Part shown: piece by piece, positions 48,807-58,385 of the stretch | Numbering within the stretch: the stretch's first letter is position 1 | How the letters are laid out: each line of letters opens with the position of its first letter | Source: an uncultured Verrucomicrobiota bacterium | GTDB taxonomy: Bacteria > Verrucomicrobiota > Kiritimatiellia > RZYC01 > CAZAYP01 | Reading direction: 5' to 3' | NCBI GenBank assembly: GCA_964489425.1 | Contig: CAZAYP010000004.1 | Span: 24,956 to 88,955, forward strand | Length of the DNA stretch: 64,000 bases | Translations under genes and position numbers: made by a program | The notes under the pieces: model-generated | What the model was told of the DNA's origin: nothing | Databases searched by the model: none | What the model saw: only the letters and a program-made list of their open reading frames with translations

Positions 48807-48947
48807 TCCTTCCGCCGCCGGCGGCAAAGCCCCTGCTGTCTGGCGGCTTTGGGTTCTGGGCCGTTATGCGCCCCAAATGCAACCAATGCCCTGAGATGTA
48901 GATGAATGTGGGGCCTGCGCTATTTGTCGCCAGATCGTTTTAGTGGA

Positions 48948-50084
48948 TCAGGGTAACGCAGTGCGTGCTATCCTAAAACCAATAAAGTTTTCAGAAAAGT
49001 ACGGCAGGGCGTAGTACTCGTCGTTGCGATCAGCGACACGGCAGTAAAACGCGCCCCTATTCCAATCACCGCCGCGGAGTGCGCGCCTGTCACCTGTTGT
49101 AGGTCCGTGGGGATCCGACCATGGCGAAATGCCATAGAAATCATCATCATGCCAATCCCAACACCATTCCCGCACATTTCCCGCCATGTCATACAGACCA
49201 TAGCCATAGGCTTCAAATGAGCCTACCGGACTTGTGTAGGGCACCTCACCAACTGAGTAGAGCGGGTGATAGCCTGAACTCAAATCATAGCTGTATGTTT
49301 CGCTATAACCCCTATAGTTCGCCTTTGCGTGGGCAATTTTGTTGGTAAAGTCGAGCCATGGAAATCGAGCTTCTGCCACACCGCCTCGGGCCGCCTTTTC
49401 CCATTCTGCCTCTGTCGGCATTCGGTAGCCGTTCGCCATCCAGTTGCAGTCGGGAATGCTATTCCCAGTCCGGTACACCCCGCCATTGGTAGTATAACAG
49501 GGAGACAATCCTTCTTTCTGACTGAGTGCGTTGCACCATTTTGCCGCATCATACCAGTTCACCATTTGAACTGGATGATTCGTCGATTTGCCTGCACCTT
49601 GATTAAACCAATATCCATTAGCCAATGCCCACATACGCACTTCATCCCACTTTGCTTTGGTCACCTCATATTTACCCAAGTAAAAAGGGCTAAGATAGTT
49701 CGTATGCCTAGGCCACTCGTTTGCATCTCCCTCTCCGAATGTGTCGCCCATCACAAACTCACCGGAGGGAATCAACACCATGCTTTCGGGTGATGGGATA
49801 GTATTAGAAATAGTCGCGACCACACGGTACAGCATAGGAACTGTGCAGGTGATCATGCCTCCACTGTATCCCGAAATATTGTCCAGATTTATGGCGGCTT
49901 CCATAAAGTTGGTCCACGGGCCCATTGGCATGCGGGCCCATTCGATGCGATACCCCCTTGCGTTCGATACGGTGTTGAAAACAATTTGCCCGGGTCGGTC
50001 GAAAGAACTGATAACCACGTCATCTGCTAGAGCAGCCAACGTGAGAGCCATAATCATCCACATCCGTTGCATTAAAGCCTTCAT
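48948..50084 (-). CDS. Secreted formylglycine-generating-enzyme (FGE/SUMF1) domain protein
   Basis: Signal peptide, then the FGE-sulfatase domain (MVLIPSGEFVMGD, HPVQMVNWYDAAKWC, RLPTEAEWEKAARGG, GNVREWCWDW, RGGDW). Low-GC gene. Confidence 0.85.
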   Translation of the reverse strand: MKALMQRMWMIMALTLAALADDVVISSFDRPGQIVFNTVSNARGYRIEWARMPMGPWTNFMEAAINLDNISGYSGGMITCTVPMLYRVVATISNTIPSPESMVLIPSGEFVMGDTFGEGDANEWPRHTNYLSPFYLGKYEVTKAKWDEVRMWALANGYWFNQGAGKSTNHPVQMVNWYDAAKWCNALSQKEGLSPCYTTNGGVYRTGNSIPDCNWMANGYRMPTEAEWEKAARGGVAEARFPWLDFTNKIAHAKANYRGYSETYSYDLSSGYHPLYSVGEVPYTSPVGSFEAYGYGLYDMAGNVREWCWDWHDDDFYGISPWSDPHGPTTGDRRALRGGDWNRGAFYCRVADRNDEYYALPYFSENFIGFRIARTALP

Positions 50085-50141
50085 AAAACCTTCTCAATCT
50101 TTCTTAAAATAGTCAGTGTAATATTACAGCACCGGTGGCAA

Positions 50142-50537
50142 TCAGTCCAGGTCGCGCAGTTGCAGGTCGCCTTCGTCCAGGCCCAGGTAGTGGCCCATCT
50201 CGTGGAGCAGCGTGGTGCGGACTTCCTCGCGGAACCGTTGGGGATCGCCCTCGGACTCGTCCCACAAGTTGCCGATGAACAGGATGATTTGTGCCGGCAA
50301 CGGGTCCAGGAGTTCCGCCCCATACTCCGCGCCCACGAACAGGCCCAGGGTGTCCGGCGCCACGCCATCGGCCACCAGGCCATCGGACGGCCAGATCTCG
50401 TGGGTGATGGGAATGCCTTCGATCTCGCGCCGGAATTCCGGGGGCAGTTGACGGAGCAGGCGCGTGCCTTCCTGTTCCGCCATGAGCAGGGGCTCGGCCC
50501 ACGGCGACCCCGGCCTGGTTATCCGCACCCGCGCCAT
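50142..50537 (-). CDS. Small zincin-like metallopeptidase-family protein (HExxH)
   Basis: 131 aa with HEMGHYLG (HExxH) and an acidic C-terminus. 1-bp gap from the upstream beta-propeller gene. Confidence 0.55.
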   Translation of the reverse strand: MARVRITRPGSPWAEPLLMAEQEGTRLLRQLPPEFRREIEGIPITHEIWPSDGLVADGVAPDTLGLFVGAEYGAELLDPLPAQIILFIGNLWDESEGDPQRFREEVRTTLLHEMGHYLGLDEGDLQLRDLD

Positions 50538-50538
50538 G

Positions 50539-53500
50539 CTATTCGCTGAGCAGCATCATCCAGGGGATGCCGCGCGGTTCGCCGGCGGCCTGGCGGATGG
50601 TGACCATCTGGTCCGCGACGGAAACCGTGCCAGTGCGGCCGTACAGGTCGGAATTGGCGGCCACGGCCAGGGATACCGTACCGGTCCCCTGCCCCGCGCC
50701 CAACCCTTGCACCGTAATCCAGGCGGCCGACGGCGTGCCGCAGTTCCAGTAACAGGCGGGACTGCCGGGCGTCACAGTGACCGCGGCCATTGCGCCGGTG
50801 CTGGGAACCATGAAATCCTGCGGCGCCACTTGATAGGAACAGGCCGTGTAGCGGCCGGTGACGACCGTGACCTGGCCCGAAACGACCAGCACGGACTGGG
50901 TCCCCGGCGCCATGTATCCGGGCAGGGTTTGGCGGAATCCGACCGTGTAGGTGCCGGCCGGCAAGCTATCGCGCACTTCGCCGTTGGTGAGGGCCGTGTA
51001 CACCCACGGATACACCGACCACGTGGTGACGGCCGCGATATTGGTTGGTTCCAGCCACGCCTGGATGGCGCCCACGCTGGAACCGGCGCCGTCCTGGACA
51101 GCGGTGAACACCTCGTTGGCCACGTACAGCAGGCCGGTGCGCGGCCCGGCGCCGGGCCAGTTGGGCGCCGCGAGGTACTGCACGGTGCCCGTGCCGATCC
51201 CGGTGGCATTGGTCATCACCGTCAGCCACGCGCCCAGGCCGGCGTCACGCGCGCTCCAGGCGCAACCCGCGGCCGCGCCCACCTCGAACGTGCCGTCGCC
51301 GCCCTCGAAGGGGATGGTCACCGCGAACGGGGCCAGGGAATACTGGCAACCGGCGAACCGCACATCCGCCGTGCTATTGGCGGTGATATTGCTCCACGAA
51401 AACACAAAGCGATCCCAACCAATGGCTGCCGGCACGGGTTGGCCATTGGCCAGCAGGCGATCGATGTAGTAGTTGGTTTCCGCAGTGATGACCCACGACA
51501 GGGTGCCGCCGTGCGTCACCGGCGTCAGGCCGGCCGGCGCGATGCTGCCATGCGCCCCGGCCTGCGCCAGGACAAAGTGCTGGGTGCTCACGCCCGAGTA
51601 GGCAAAAGCGTTGGACTTGACCGTCTCGCCCATGCTGGCGGAGAAGACCCGCACATCCCCGGTGCACGCGGAATAGGACCCGCCGGCCAGCACTTCGACC
51701 ATGCCCGCCCGCTGGGTAACAATCGTGGCCATGATGCTACACAACGTCACGTTGGTGATGTCCGTGCCATTGCCGAGGTTCAAGCCGCTCAGGATCACCG
51801 GCGTACCGCCCACCATGGGCGCAAAATCCGGGACCACCTGGTCCAACCGCCCCAGGCTGTGCACGACGCCCAGGCCATACGCGGCGGCCGGGCCCAACTT
51901 GAACAGGTCGCCGCCCACAAACTGGTTGTAGCCGTTGTCCTGGACCGCCCGGACTTCCCAATCCGTGGAATAGATCCAGCCACTGTCCAGCACGCCGGAG
52001 GACGTCTGGACGCGGCCGATGTTGGAGACCGCCACCCCGCCCACCGCGTAAAAACCGCCACCGATGTACACCACCGGGCCGCGCGGGAGAATGGCAGCGA
52101 CCGGTCCGTCCGGGCTGGGCGCCCAGTTGAGGTCCACGGCCCCGGTATTCAAGTCCAGGCGCAGCAGGTTGGTCGGTCCTGTGACCGGTTCAAAGTACCC
52201 GCCCAGGTACAGATGCCCTTCTCCGGCGGCCATGTCCATAAGCATGGGGAACACGTACCCCGCGCCGTTCGTCCAACTTGGATCCAGCACGCCAGTCTGC
52301 AGGTCCAGCCGCCCCACCATGTCGGCCAACCCGCCGCCAATCTCTGAAAATAAGCCCGCGGCATACAGGAATCCGTTGGTGACCACCAGGCTTTGCAGCA
52401 CACCATCGCAGCCGTTGGTCCACCCGGCGCGCGGGGCACCGGAATACCGGTCCACGCATCCAATGGCGGCGAACGCTGCCTGCCCGAGGTTGGTGAAGTC
52501 CCCGGCCACGTACAGGTTGGTCTGCCAAATCGCCAGATCCGCGATGCTCCCATCGGTATCGTTGGACCAAGCCGGGTCTACCGCGCCGTCCGGCAGGCGC
52601 ATCTTGGCCAGGCCGAACCGGGTCAGGTTGCCCGCCGCATAAAACTGCCCGCCGACAAACACATCGGTTCCTTCAGCCGCGAGGCAGGTCACCGGCCCGT
52701 TGACGCTGTTGCTCCACACCGTGTTCACGGTCCCGTCCTCTTCCAGCAGCGCCAGGTTATGTTGCCAGAAGCCATTGATGACATCAAACTCGCCGCCGGC
52801 GATCACTTGCCCGCCGGGCAGGGTCAGCAGGGTCGAAACCACTCCCCCGGCCATGGCGCGGGCAGTATATCCGGGAACCACGCCGCCCGTGGCCCCCACG
52901 ACCAGGCCGCACCCATACCGCGGCCGATCGCCGCCCAGCAGGAAGTTGCCCGCCATCCAGACATTGCTGCCCTGCATTTCCATATCGTAGGGCGTGCCGT
53001 AGATGTTCCACCCACCCTCGCTCAACCTGGCCCCGGTCTGCAGATCGAAGCGCACCAGGTGGCCATCCGCGGCATACAACGCCTGGTCATCCGCGGCGAG
53101 CGCGTAAGGGGCATTGAAGTTATTGGTCCAGGCCGGATCCGCCGCGCCATTGGCCGGCAGCAAGCGCGCCAGGCCCTGGCGCGGCGCGCCACCCACGGTG
53201 GCGAACTCGCCGCCGATGAACAGGCCGGCACTGGTAGGCAGGATGACATTGACGCCACCATCCGCGCCATTGGTCCAGTTGTTGTCCAAGGCCCCCGTGG
53301 CGCCATCAAAACAGGCGATAAACTGCCGCAGCGACCCGTTCACGTTGGTGAACCGGCCGCCCGCGTACAGCCGGCCGTTGTCCCAGGCCAGCGCACGGAC
53401 CGACCCACCGGAAATGCGATTGGTCCAGGCCGGATCGGCTGCTCCGGTGGCCAGGCTGAATCGCGCGAGGCTGGCGAAGGTCATGCCATTGGTCTGCTCA

Positions 53501-53970
53501 AAGGTGCCACCCACGTACAGGTTGGTACCATCCGTGGCCAGGGCATTCACCTCGCCATCGATCAGGTTGGTCCAGGCCGGGGTCAACTGGCCGGTGGTGA
53601 TGTCCAGCCGCCCCAGGCCAACACAAGGCTGGCCGCCCACGGCATGGAAGCTGCCGCCGATATACAGGTGGGTCCCGGCCACCAGGGCCGCCATGACCGA
53701 TCCGTCGCACCCCTGGGTCCAGGCCGTGTCCAGCGACCCGTCCGGGTTGAGCCGCGCCAGGTTTTCGCGCGGCTGGCCGTTGACCAGGTTGAACCAGCCG
53801 CCAATCACCCGGTCGCCGTCCGGGAGCAGTGCGCCGGCCCACACCACGCTGGGCCGCTCCAGGGTCAAGCCGCTGGCGTAGCCAGCCCAGGCCTGGTCCC
53901 AGCCGCCCCACGGGACCATAAGGAACAAGGCCAGAATCGTCGCGATGCATACATGATGGGATCTCTGCAT
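50539..53970 (-). CDS. Large secreted beta-propeller-repeat protein with IPT/TIG-like, InlB-B-repeat-like and BACON-like C-terminal domains
   Basis: Signal peptide after MQRSHHV. More than 15 repeats of the pattern ...G..Y.GG.F..V.G..R..LARL...G..D..W... Late region GCQYSLAPFAV...CAWSA matches BACON. Confidence 0.7.
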   Translation of the reverse strand: MQRSHHVCIATILALFLMVPWGGWDQAWAGYASGLTLERPSVVWAGALLPDGDRVIGGWFNLVNGQPRENLARLNPDGSLDTAWTQGCDGSVMAALVAGTHLYIGGSFHAVGGQPCVGLGRLDITTGQLTPAWTNLIDGEVNALATDGTNLYVGGTFEQTNGMTFASLARFSLATGAADPAWTNRISGGSVRALAWDNGRLYAGGRFTNVNGSLRQFIACFDGATGALDNNWTNGADGGVNVILPTSAGLFIGGEFATVGGAPRQGLARLLPANGAADPAWTNNFNAPYALAADDQALYAADGHLVRFDLQTGARLSEGGWNIYGTPYDMEMQGSNVWMAGNFLLGGDRPRYGCGLVVGATGGVVPGYTARAMAGGVVSTLLTLPGGQVIAGGEFDVINGFWQHNLALLEEDGTVNTVWSNSVNGPVTCLAAEGTDVFVGGQFYAAGNLTRFGLAKMRLPDGAVDPAWSNDTDGSIADLAIWQTNLYVAGDFTNLGQAAFAAIGCVDRYSGAPRAGWTNGCDGVLQSLVVTNGFLYAAGLFSEIGGGLADMVGRLDLQTGVLDPSWTNGAGYVFPMLMDMAAGEGHLYLGGYFEPVTGPTNLLRLDLNTGAVDLNWAPSPDGPVAAILPRGPVVYIGGGFYAVGGVAVSNIGRVQTSSGVLDSGWIYSTDWEVRAVQDNGYNQFVGGDLFKLGPAAAYGLGVVHSLGRLDQVVPDFAPMVGGTPVILSGLNLGNGTDITNVTLCSIMATIVTQRAGMVEVLAGGSYSACTGDVRVFSASMGETVKSNAFAYSGVSTQHFVLAQAGAHGSIAPAGLTPVTHGGTLSWVITAETNYYIDRLLANGQPVPAAIGWDRFVFSWSNITANSTADVRFAGCQYSLAPFAVTIPFEGGDGTFEVGAAAGCAWSARDAGLGAWLTVMTNATGIGTGTVQYLAAPNWPGAGPRTGLLYVANEVFTAVQDGAGSSVGAIQAWLEPTNIAAVTTWSVYPWVYTALTNGEVRDSLPAGTYTVGFRQTLPGYMAPGTQSVLVVSGQVTVVTGRYTACSYQVAPQDFMVPSTGAMAAVTVTPGSPACYWNCGTPSAAWITVQGLGAGQGTGTVSLAVAANSDLYGRTGTVSVADQMVTIRQAAGEPRGIPWMMLLSE

Positions 53971-54146
53971 GGTTTTCTCCTGTCGGTTAGACGATGGCTC
54001 GCACATGGATTCGGCAAAAAATGGCAGCAATAAAAGTTCCGGGCCGGATTGATGTTGGTGTCTTGTAACATCGGATGATAGTATTCCCTCTGTTTGAATA
54101 AGTACAGGCTGAGGCGGGCACGAATCAATCTAAATATTGAGGGATC

Positions 54147-54926
54147 ATGGTCGTTGGTTTGTTTGTCAACGTGGCGGTGCAGGCGATCCTGCTGAGCGCC
54201 CTGCTATATTTGCTGGCGCGGCACGAAGCGGACTTTGACTATCTCAAGACCTTTTACGTAGTGCTGGGCATCGTGCTGATCAACGGCGTGATATTCATGG
54301 TGATCAGCGGCAAGGTGCTGGACGGTGAACTCAGCCCCCTGTTCCTGCTGGCCCTGCCGCTGCTGTCGTTCCTGGTCGTGGTCCTGCTGATCCAGAAGTT
54401 TTGCTGGGTGCCGTGGGGCAAGGCCTTGCTGGTGGCGGCGCTGTTCGTCGGTATTATGACCGCGTTCGATTATGCCAAGGGTTACGTAGCCCGCCGCGTG
54501 TTCGGGGAAATGAGCGCGGAGACACTTGAAGATCATAACATGGCTGCGCTGGACGCGATTTCGAACGAGTTGGCGCAGGCGGAGGTTGTGGTGCCAGCAC
54601 CCGCGCGGCCCGCGCCCCAGCCCACCACACCGCCGCGGCAGTCCAAGCCATCGCATCAGCCCACGCCGCCGCCACCAGTCGCGGCCGCTCCCGGCGCACC
54701 GTCGACCGCCTATAGCCCGGAAGCCTGGCAACAGGCCCGCCAGGCATTGAAAATCTCCGGGGTGGTGGCCGGCAACGGACAAAACAACGTGGCCTTCATC
54801 AACAATGCCACGGTCCGGCCCGGCGACGTTGTGGCCATCCAGCACCAGGGTCAACGGTACGAGTGGACCCTGATGGCCATTGAAAAGGAAGGCCTGCGCC
54901 TGCAGCCGCGGCCGCCGGCGAAATAG
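54147..54926 (+). CDS. Hypothetical membrane protein with Pro-rich linker and C-terminal beta domain
   Basis: Four N-terminal TM segments, a PAPARPAPQPTTPP linker, and a C-terminal roughly 70-aa domain. Confidence 0.5.
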   Translation: MVVGLFVNVAVQAILLSALLYLLARHEADFDYLKTFYVVLGIVLINGVIFMVISGKVLDGELSPLFLLALPLLSFLVVVLLIQKFCWVPWGKALLVAALFVGIMTAFDYAKGYVARRVFGEMSAETLEDHNMAALDAISNELAQAEVVVPAPARPAPQPTTPPRQSKPSHQPTPPPPVAAAPGAPSTAYSPEAWQQARQALKISGVVAGNGQNNVAFINNATVRPGDVVAIQHQGQRYEWTLMAIEKEGLRLQPRPPAK

Positions 54927-55970
54927 TCAGCCGCCGGACGCATAGCCCGGGCCGGGTCGGATCCAGCCGGCGTCCACGTACGCCCGCGCGGTCTGCGCCA
55001 GGCCGGTCTCATTCGTGTACCGGGTCTTGTACCCCAGCACCTCGCGCAGCTTGCGGGTGTCGAACGCGCGATCCTTGGTAAAGAAAGCCACCCGCCGCCG
55101 GTACAGCGGCGGCGCAATGCGCAACGGCCGGCAGACCGCCTCGCAGATCGCTGCGGCCACAAAAAACGGCGTCACGGGCAAATGCAGGGGGCGGAACGGA
55201 TACCCCAGCACGCTGGCGATCTGGCGCCCGATCTCCTCCAGCGTCAGGGCGCGCTCGTTCCCGCAGATAAACACTTCGCCGGCCGCCGCCGGATGCGTGG
55301 CCGCCAGCATCATGATGTCCGTGAGATCCTCGACATGCACCAGGTGGTACAGGTTGCCGGCCCCGAGGATCACAAAAAACGGCCGCGTCGCCATCTTGAA
55401 CAGCTTGAGCAGGCGGCGGTCGCCCGGCCCCAGGATCGCGGCCGGACGCAACACCACGTAAGGCAACCCGGTGTCCGCGCCGAAATTGCGAATCCAGTTT
55501 TCGGCTTCCGCCTTGGTCACTTGATAAATGTCGCCCGGATCAAACCGGTAGCGCTCATCGGCAGGCGGGTGCTCCACGTGGCCATGCACCCCCACGGTGG
55601 ACACATGCACGAACCGCTTGAAGCCGGGATGGGACCGGGCCGCCTGCGCCAGCAGCTGGGTGCTGGCCACGTGCACCTGCCGGTACACGTCATCCGCAAG
55701 CCCGGCTTCGCGGTACGCCGCGGCCACGTGGAAAATATAGTCTGCGCCGGCCGCCGCGCGCCGGACGGTGGCCTCGTCAAACACCTCGCCGCGAATCCAT
55801 TCGACGGGCACCCCGGCCAGCGGCTCGAGGTGGGATGATGGACGGGCAATCGCCGCCACCCGGGCGCCCTGCGCTGCCAGTTTGCGCGCCAGCAAGCTGC
55901 CGGTGAACCCGGTCGCGCCGGTCACCAGGACCCGCGCGCCAGCCAAAGGTTGGTCATCCGTGGTTTTCAT
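54927..55970 (-). CDS. NAD-dependent epimerase/dehydratase (extended SDR)
   Basis: VLVTGATGFTGS Rossmann motif, catalytic YxxxK (YQVTK). Start at MKTTDDQ, overlapping the upstream methyltransferase stop by 4 nt. Confidence 0.8.
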   Translation of the reverse strand: MKTTDDQPLAGARVLVTGATGFTGSLLARKLAAQGARVAAIARPSSHLEPLAGVPVEWIRGEVFDEATVRRAAAGADYIFHVAAAYREAGLADDVYRQVHVASTQLLAQAARSHPGFKRFVHVSTVGVHGHVEHPPADERYRFDPGDIYQVTKAEAENWIRNFGADTGLPYVVLRPAAILGPGDRRLLKLFKMATRPFFVILGAGNLYHLVHVEDLTDIMMLAATHPAAAGEVFICGNERALTLEEIGRQIASVLGYPFRPLHLPVTPFFVAAAICEAVCRPLRIAPPLYRRRVAFFTKDRAFDTRKLREVLGYKTRYTNETGLAQTARAYVDAGWIRPGPGYASGG

Positions 55971-56767
55971 GTGTTTGATTTCCCGGTGGGTTGGGCGGGT
56001 GGCGGACAGCGCGCCATGTGGGCGATCACGGGCGAGCCCCAGCGGCGCGTCCATCCCGCCAGCGAGCAGACCCATTCCAGCCCCGCGGACAAGGGCGCGC
56101 AGCGCAGCGTGCGGTGCAGCACCATGGGCAGGAAGAATTGCGGCTGCCGGGCCACGCATTGGAATCCATGACGCTGGAACTCATCCACCACCTCCGCGTG
56201 GCGGAACAAGGTGTACGGCCGGGTGTTGCCCTCGATGCGCTTCTTGAGGCCAAACAGTTTTTCTGAAAACGCGTTGAGGCTCTGCGAGGTGGGATAATCC
56301 ACGATCACCGAGACCCGCGCCACGCGGCACAGGTCCGCCACCAGCCGGGGCCATTCCGGGCTATGCGGCAGAAGCCGCAGGCACACCAGATGGTCGAACG
56401 CGCCCGAGGTAAACGGCAACTCCACCACGCTGCCCACCACGAACTTCAGGCGGCCGGCCGCGACCTCCTCCGCCAGGCGGACACCGCAGACCGACGCGCT
56501 GCCCAGGACGGTCACGTCGTAGCCGGCGCGCGCCAGGGGGATGGCCACCTGGCCATGTCCGCCGCCCACATCCAGCAGGCGGCCGGCCGGCGCCGGGATC
56601 ATGGACCTGACGATCCGTTCCTGGACCCGCAGCATCCAGGCGCCGGTGCGCCCGGCAAACCGTGCCGCGTAGCCGGCGGAAGAAGTTTCTATATCCGCGG
56701 GCTCCGGCGCGGCGGATCGACGTGCTCCAGGCATTTTTTCAGCGCTCATCCTCTTGGCATCCATCAT
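55967..56767 (-). CDS. Class I SAM-dependent methyltransferase
   Basis: LLDVGGGHGQVAIPLARAGYDVTVL motif I and post-I region. Confidence 0.7.
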   Translation of the reverse strand: MMDAKRMSAEKMPGARRSAAPEPADIETSSAGYAARFAGRTGAWMLRVQERIVRSMIPAPAGRLLDVGGGHGQVAIPLARAGYDVTVLGSASVCGVRLAEEVAAGRLKFVVGSVVELPFTSGAFDHLVCLRLLPHSPEWPRLVADLCRVARVSVIVDYPTSQSLNAFSEKLFGLKKRIEGNTRPYTLFRHAEVVDEFQRHGFQCVARQPQFFLPMVLHRTLRCAPLSAGLEWVCSLAGWTRRWGSPVIAHMARCPPPAQPTGKSNT

Positions 56768-56895
56768 GTTTCAAGCCTTTGCTTCCCCGGCCGATAGCCA
56801 TCCAACCAGGATCGCGGGCTCACGGCATGCACCATGCTAACACAAGCCAGGCGACTCGTTAAGCACGACCATGGTATTTTAAAGACGAGGTTAGT

Positions 56896-57690
56896 ATGGC
56901 GATCACGGAAGCTTTGAGCGCGGCGACGGCCACCTCCCCCGAGGCCAACGGGGTCGAAGTCGGCAAGCCCGGCGGCGAACTGGGCAAGAACGAATTCCTC
57001 AACCTGCTGGTGGCCCAGATGCAGCATCAGGACCCCCTGGACCCGGTAGACAACAAGGAAATGATCGCCCAGTTGGCGCAGTTCAGCGCCTTGGAACAGA
57101 TGCAGAACCTTAACACCCAGACGGAGAAGCTGCGTCAATCGCAAGCATTCAACCTCTACGCCGATATGTTCGGCAACTTCACGGCCTTGGTGCTCAAGAG
57201 CGGCGAGGTCGTGGAAGGCACCCCGGCGGGCATCAACTGGCGCGACGGCGAGGCGTATATCCAGATGGATTCAGCCACCGAAGTACCCCTCTCCGAGGTG
57301 GTCAAATTTGCCATGGTGACCCAGGAAGAGTTGGCCGCGGCCATCGCGGCCCAAAACCCGGCTTCGCGCGAGAGCGGCACCGGGGCGGAGTCAGCCCCGG
57401 CGGCCAAAACGGCGGCCGTGGCCAGCCGTGGCGGCTTTGGCAACCCGGCCGAGCAGAACGCCGCGCAACGCATGGGCGGCTCGATCGTGCGCTCCTCGGA
57501 CGGCCACGCGGTGGCCGGCAACCTGGGCGGCACCATCAACGGCCAGCATCGCAACGACCTGATATTGAACTGGAACTTCGTGGAATACACGGAGAACGGC
57601 CAACTCCACAAGATTCCCATCACGCGCGACCTGAATGTGGTCATGGACAACCGCAACGCCCAGGCGGCCGTGGACCGGTCCCGGCACTGA
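56896..57690 (+). CDS. flgD: Flagellar hook capping/assembly protein FlgD-like
   Basis: N-terminal LGKNEFLNLLVAQMQHQDPLDPVDNKEMIAQLAQFSALEQMQNLN is the conserved FlgD N-domain; a beta domain follows. No other flagellar genes in the window. Confidence 0.65.
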   Translation: MAITEALSAATATSPEANGVEVGKPGGELGKNEFLNLLVAQMQHQDPLDPVDNKEMIAQLAQFSALEQMQNLNTQTEKLRQSQAFNLYADMFGNFTALVLKSGEVVEGTPAGINWRDGEAYIQMDSATEVPLSEVVKFAMVTQEELAAAIAAQNPASRESGTGAESAPAAKTAAVASRGGFGNPAEQNAAQRMGGSIVRSSDGHAVAGNLGGTINGQHRNDLILNWNFVEYTENGQLHKIPITRDLNVVMDNRNAQAAVDRSRH

Positions 57691-57701
57691 GCCGACCGCC
57701 C

Positions 57702-58313
57702 TCAAATCCATCCGAGCCAGCGCAGGCCGACCACGCCCAGGCCGAAGAACCCACCGCCGATGCACGTGCCCTCGATGCACTGGGACAGCGTGTGCCGTTG
57801 CTGGTGGATGCGGGCCCAGGCAGTCAGCACGAGGGCCAGCGTAGCGGCCGCGCCCCAAGCCGGGAAGAATGCCCAGGTGGTCGCACATAACGCGCCCAGG
57901 GCCGTGCAATGGGCGCTGACCTTGGTGAACAGCGTCCGGACCGTGATGGCGGCAAAGCTCAGGACGTAGCAGAACATCAGCACAATCAGGATCCGCGGCC
58001 CCGGCAGCAAGGCCAGCAGCACCTCGGAAATCACGCCGCAAGCCAGGCACAGGGCAAAATACAGGGGCCGCTCGGCGCGGCGGTCGATGTGCAGGTCGCT
58101 GATGTCCCCGCGCCGCATCATCAGGAGCGCCATGATAAACGGCAACACATTGGTGCCCAGCAGCAGGATCCCGAGCACCACCGGGCGTTGCCGGGGCGCG
58201 GTCAGCACGGTGCCCAGCGGGACGAACAGGGCCGGACCGCTGAAAAACGGGGCGCACACCACCGAGAAAAACTGGGCCACCCCGTCGCGCCACCTGGAAA
58301 TAATCCGGCTCAC
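57702..58313 (-). CDS. Hypothetical integral membrane protein (about 6 TM)
   Basis: 203-aa ORF with a consistently hydrophobic profile. No recognisable motif. Confidence 0.4.
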   Translation of the reverse strand: MSRIISRWRDGVAQFFSVVCAPFFSGPALFVPLGTVLTAPRQRPVVLGILLLGTNVLPFIMALLMMRRGDISDLHIDRRAERPLYFALCLACGVISEVLLALLPGPRILIVLMFCYVLSFAAITVRTLFTKVSAHCTALGALCATTWAFFPAWGAAATLALVLTAWARIHQQRHTLSQCIEGTCIGGGFFGLGVVGLRWLGWI

Positions 58314-58385
58314 AGCGGCCGTCTGTTTCCTGTTGCATGCATAAAGCCATCATGTATGAATTGATGGAAACAACAAGGTGAAAAA

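Noticed and set aside
50464-54033. 627-aa and 546-aa plus-strand ORFs antisense to the beta-propeller gene
   Set aside because: R/G/A/H-rich composition; the sense strand encodes a signal peptide and coherent repeat modules.
56896-57690. Alternative reading of the FlgD-like protein as a generic Gly/Ala-rich secreted protein
   Set aside because: The first 80 aa match the highly specific FlgD N-domain pattern (FLxLLVAQMQHQDPLxPxDNxExxAQLAQFSxLEQ), so the FlgD-like call is retained despite the lack of flagellar context.
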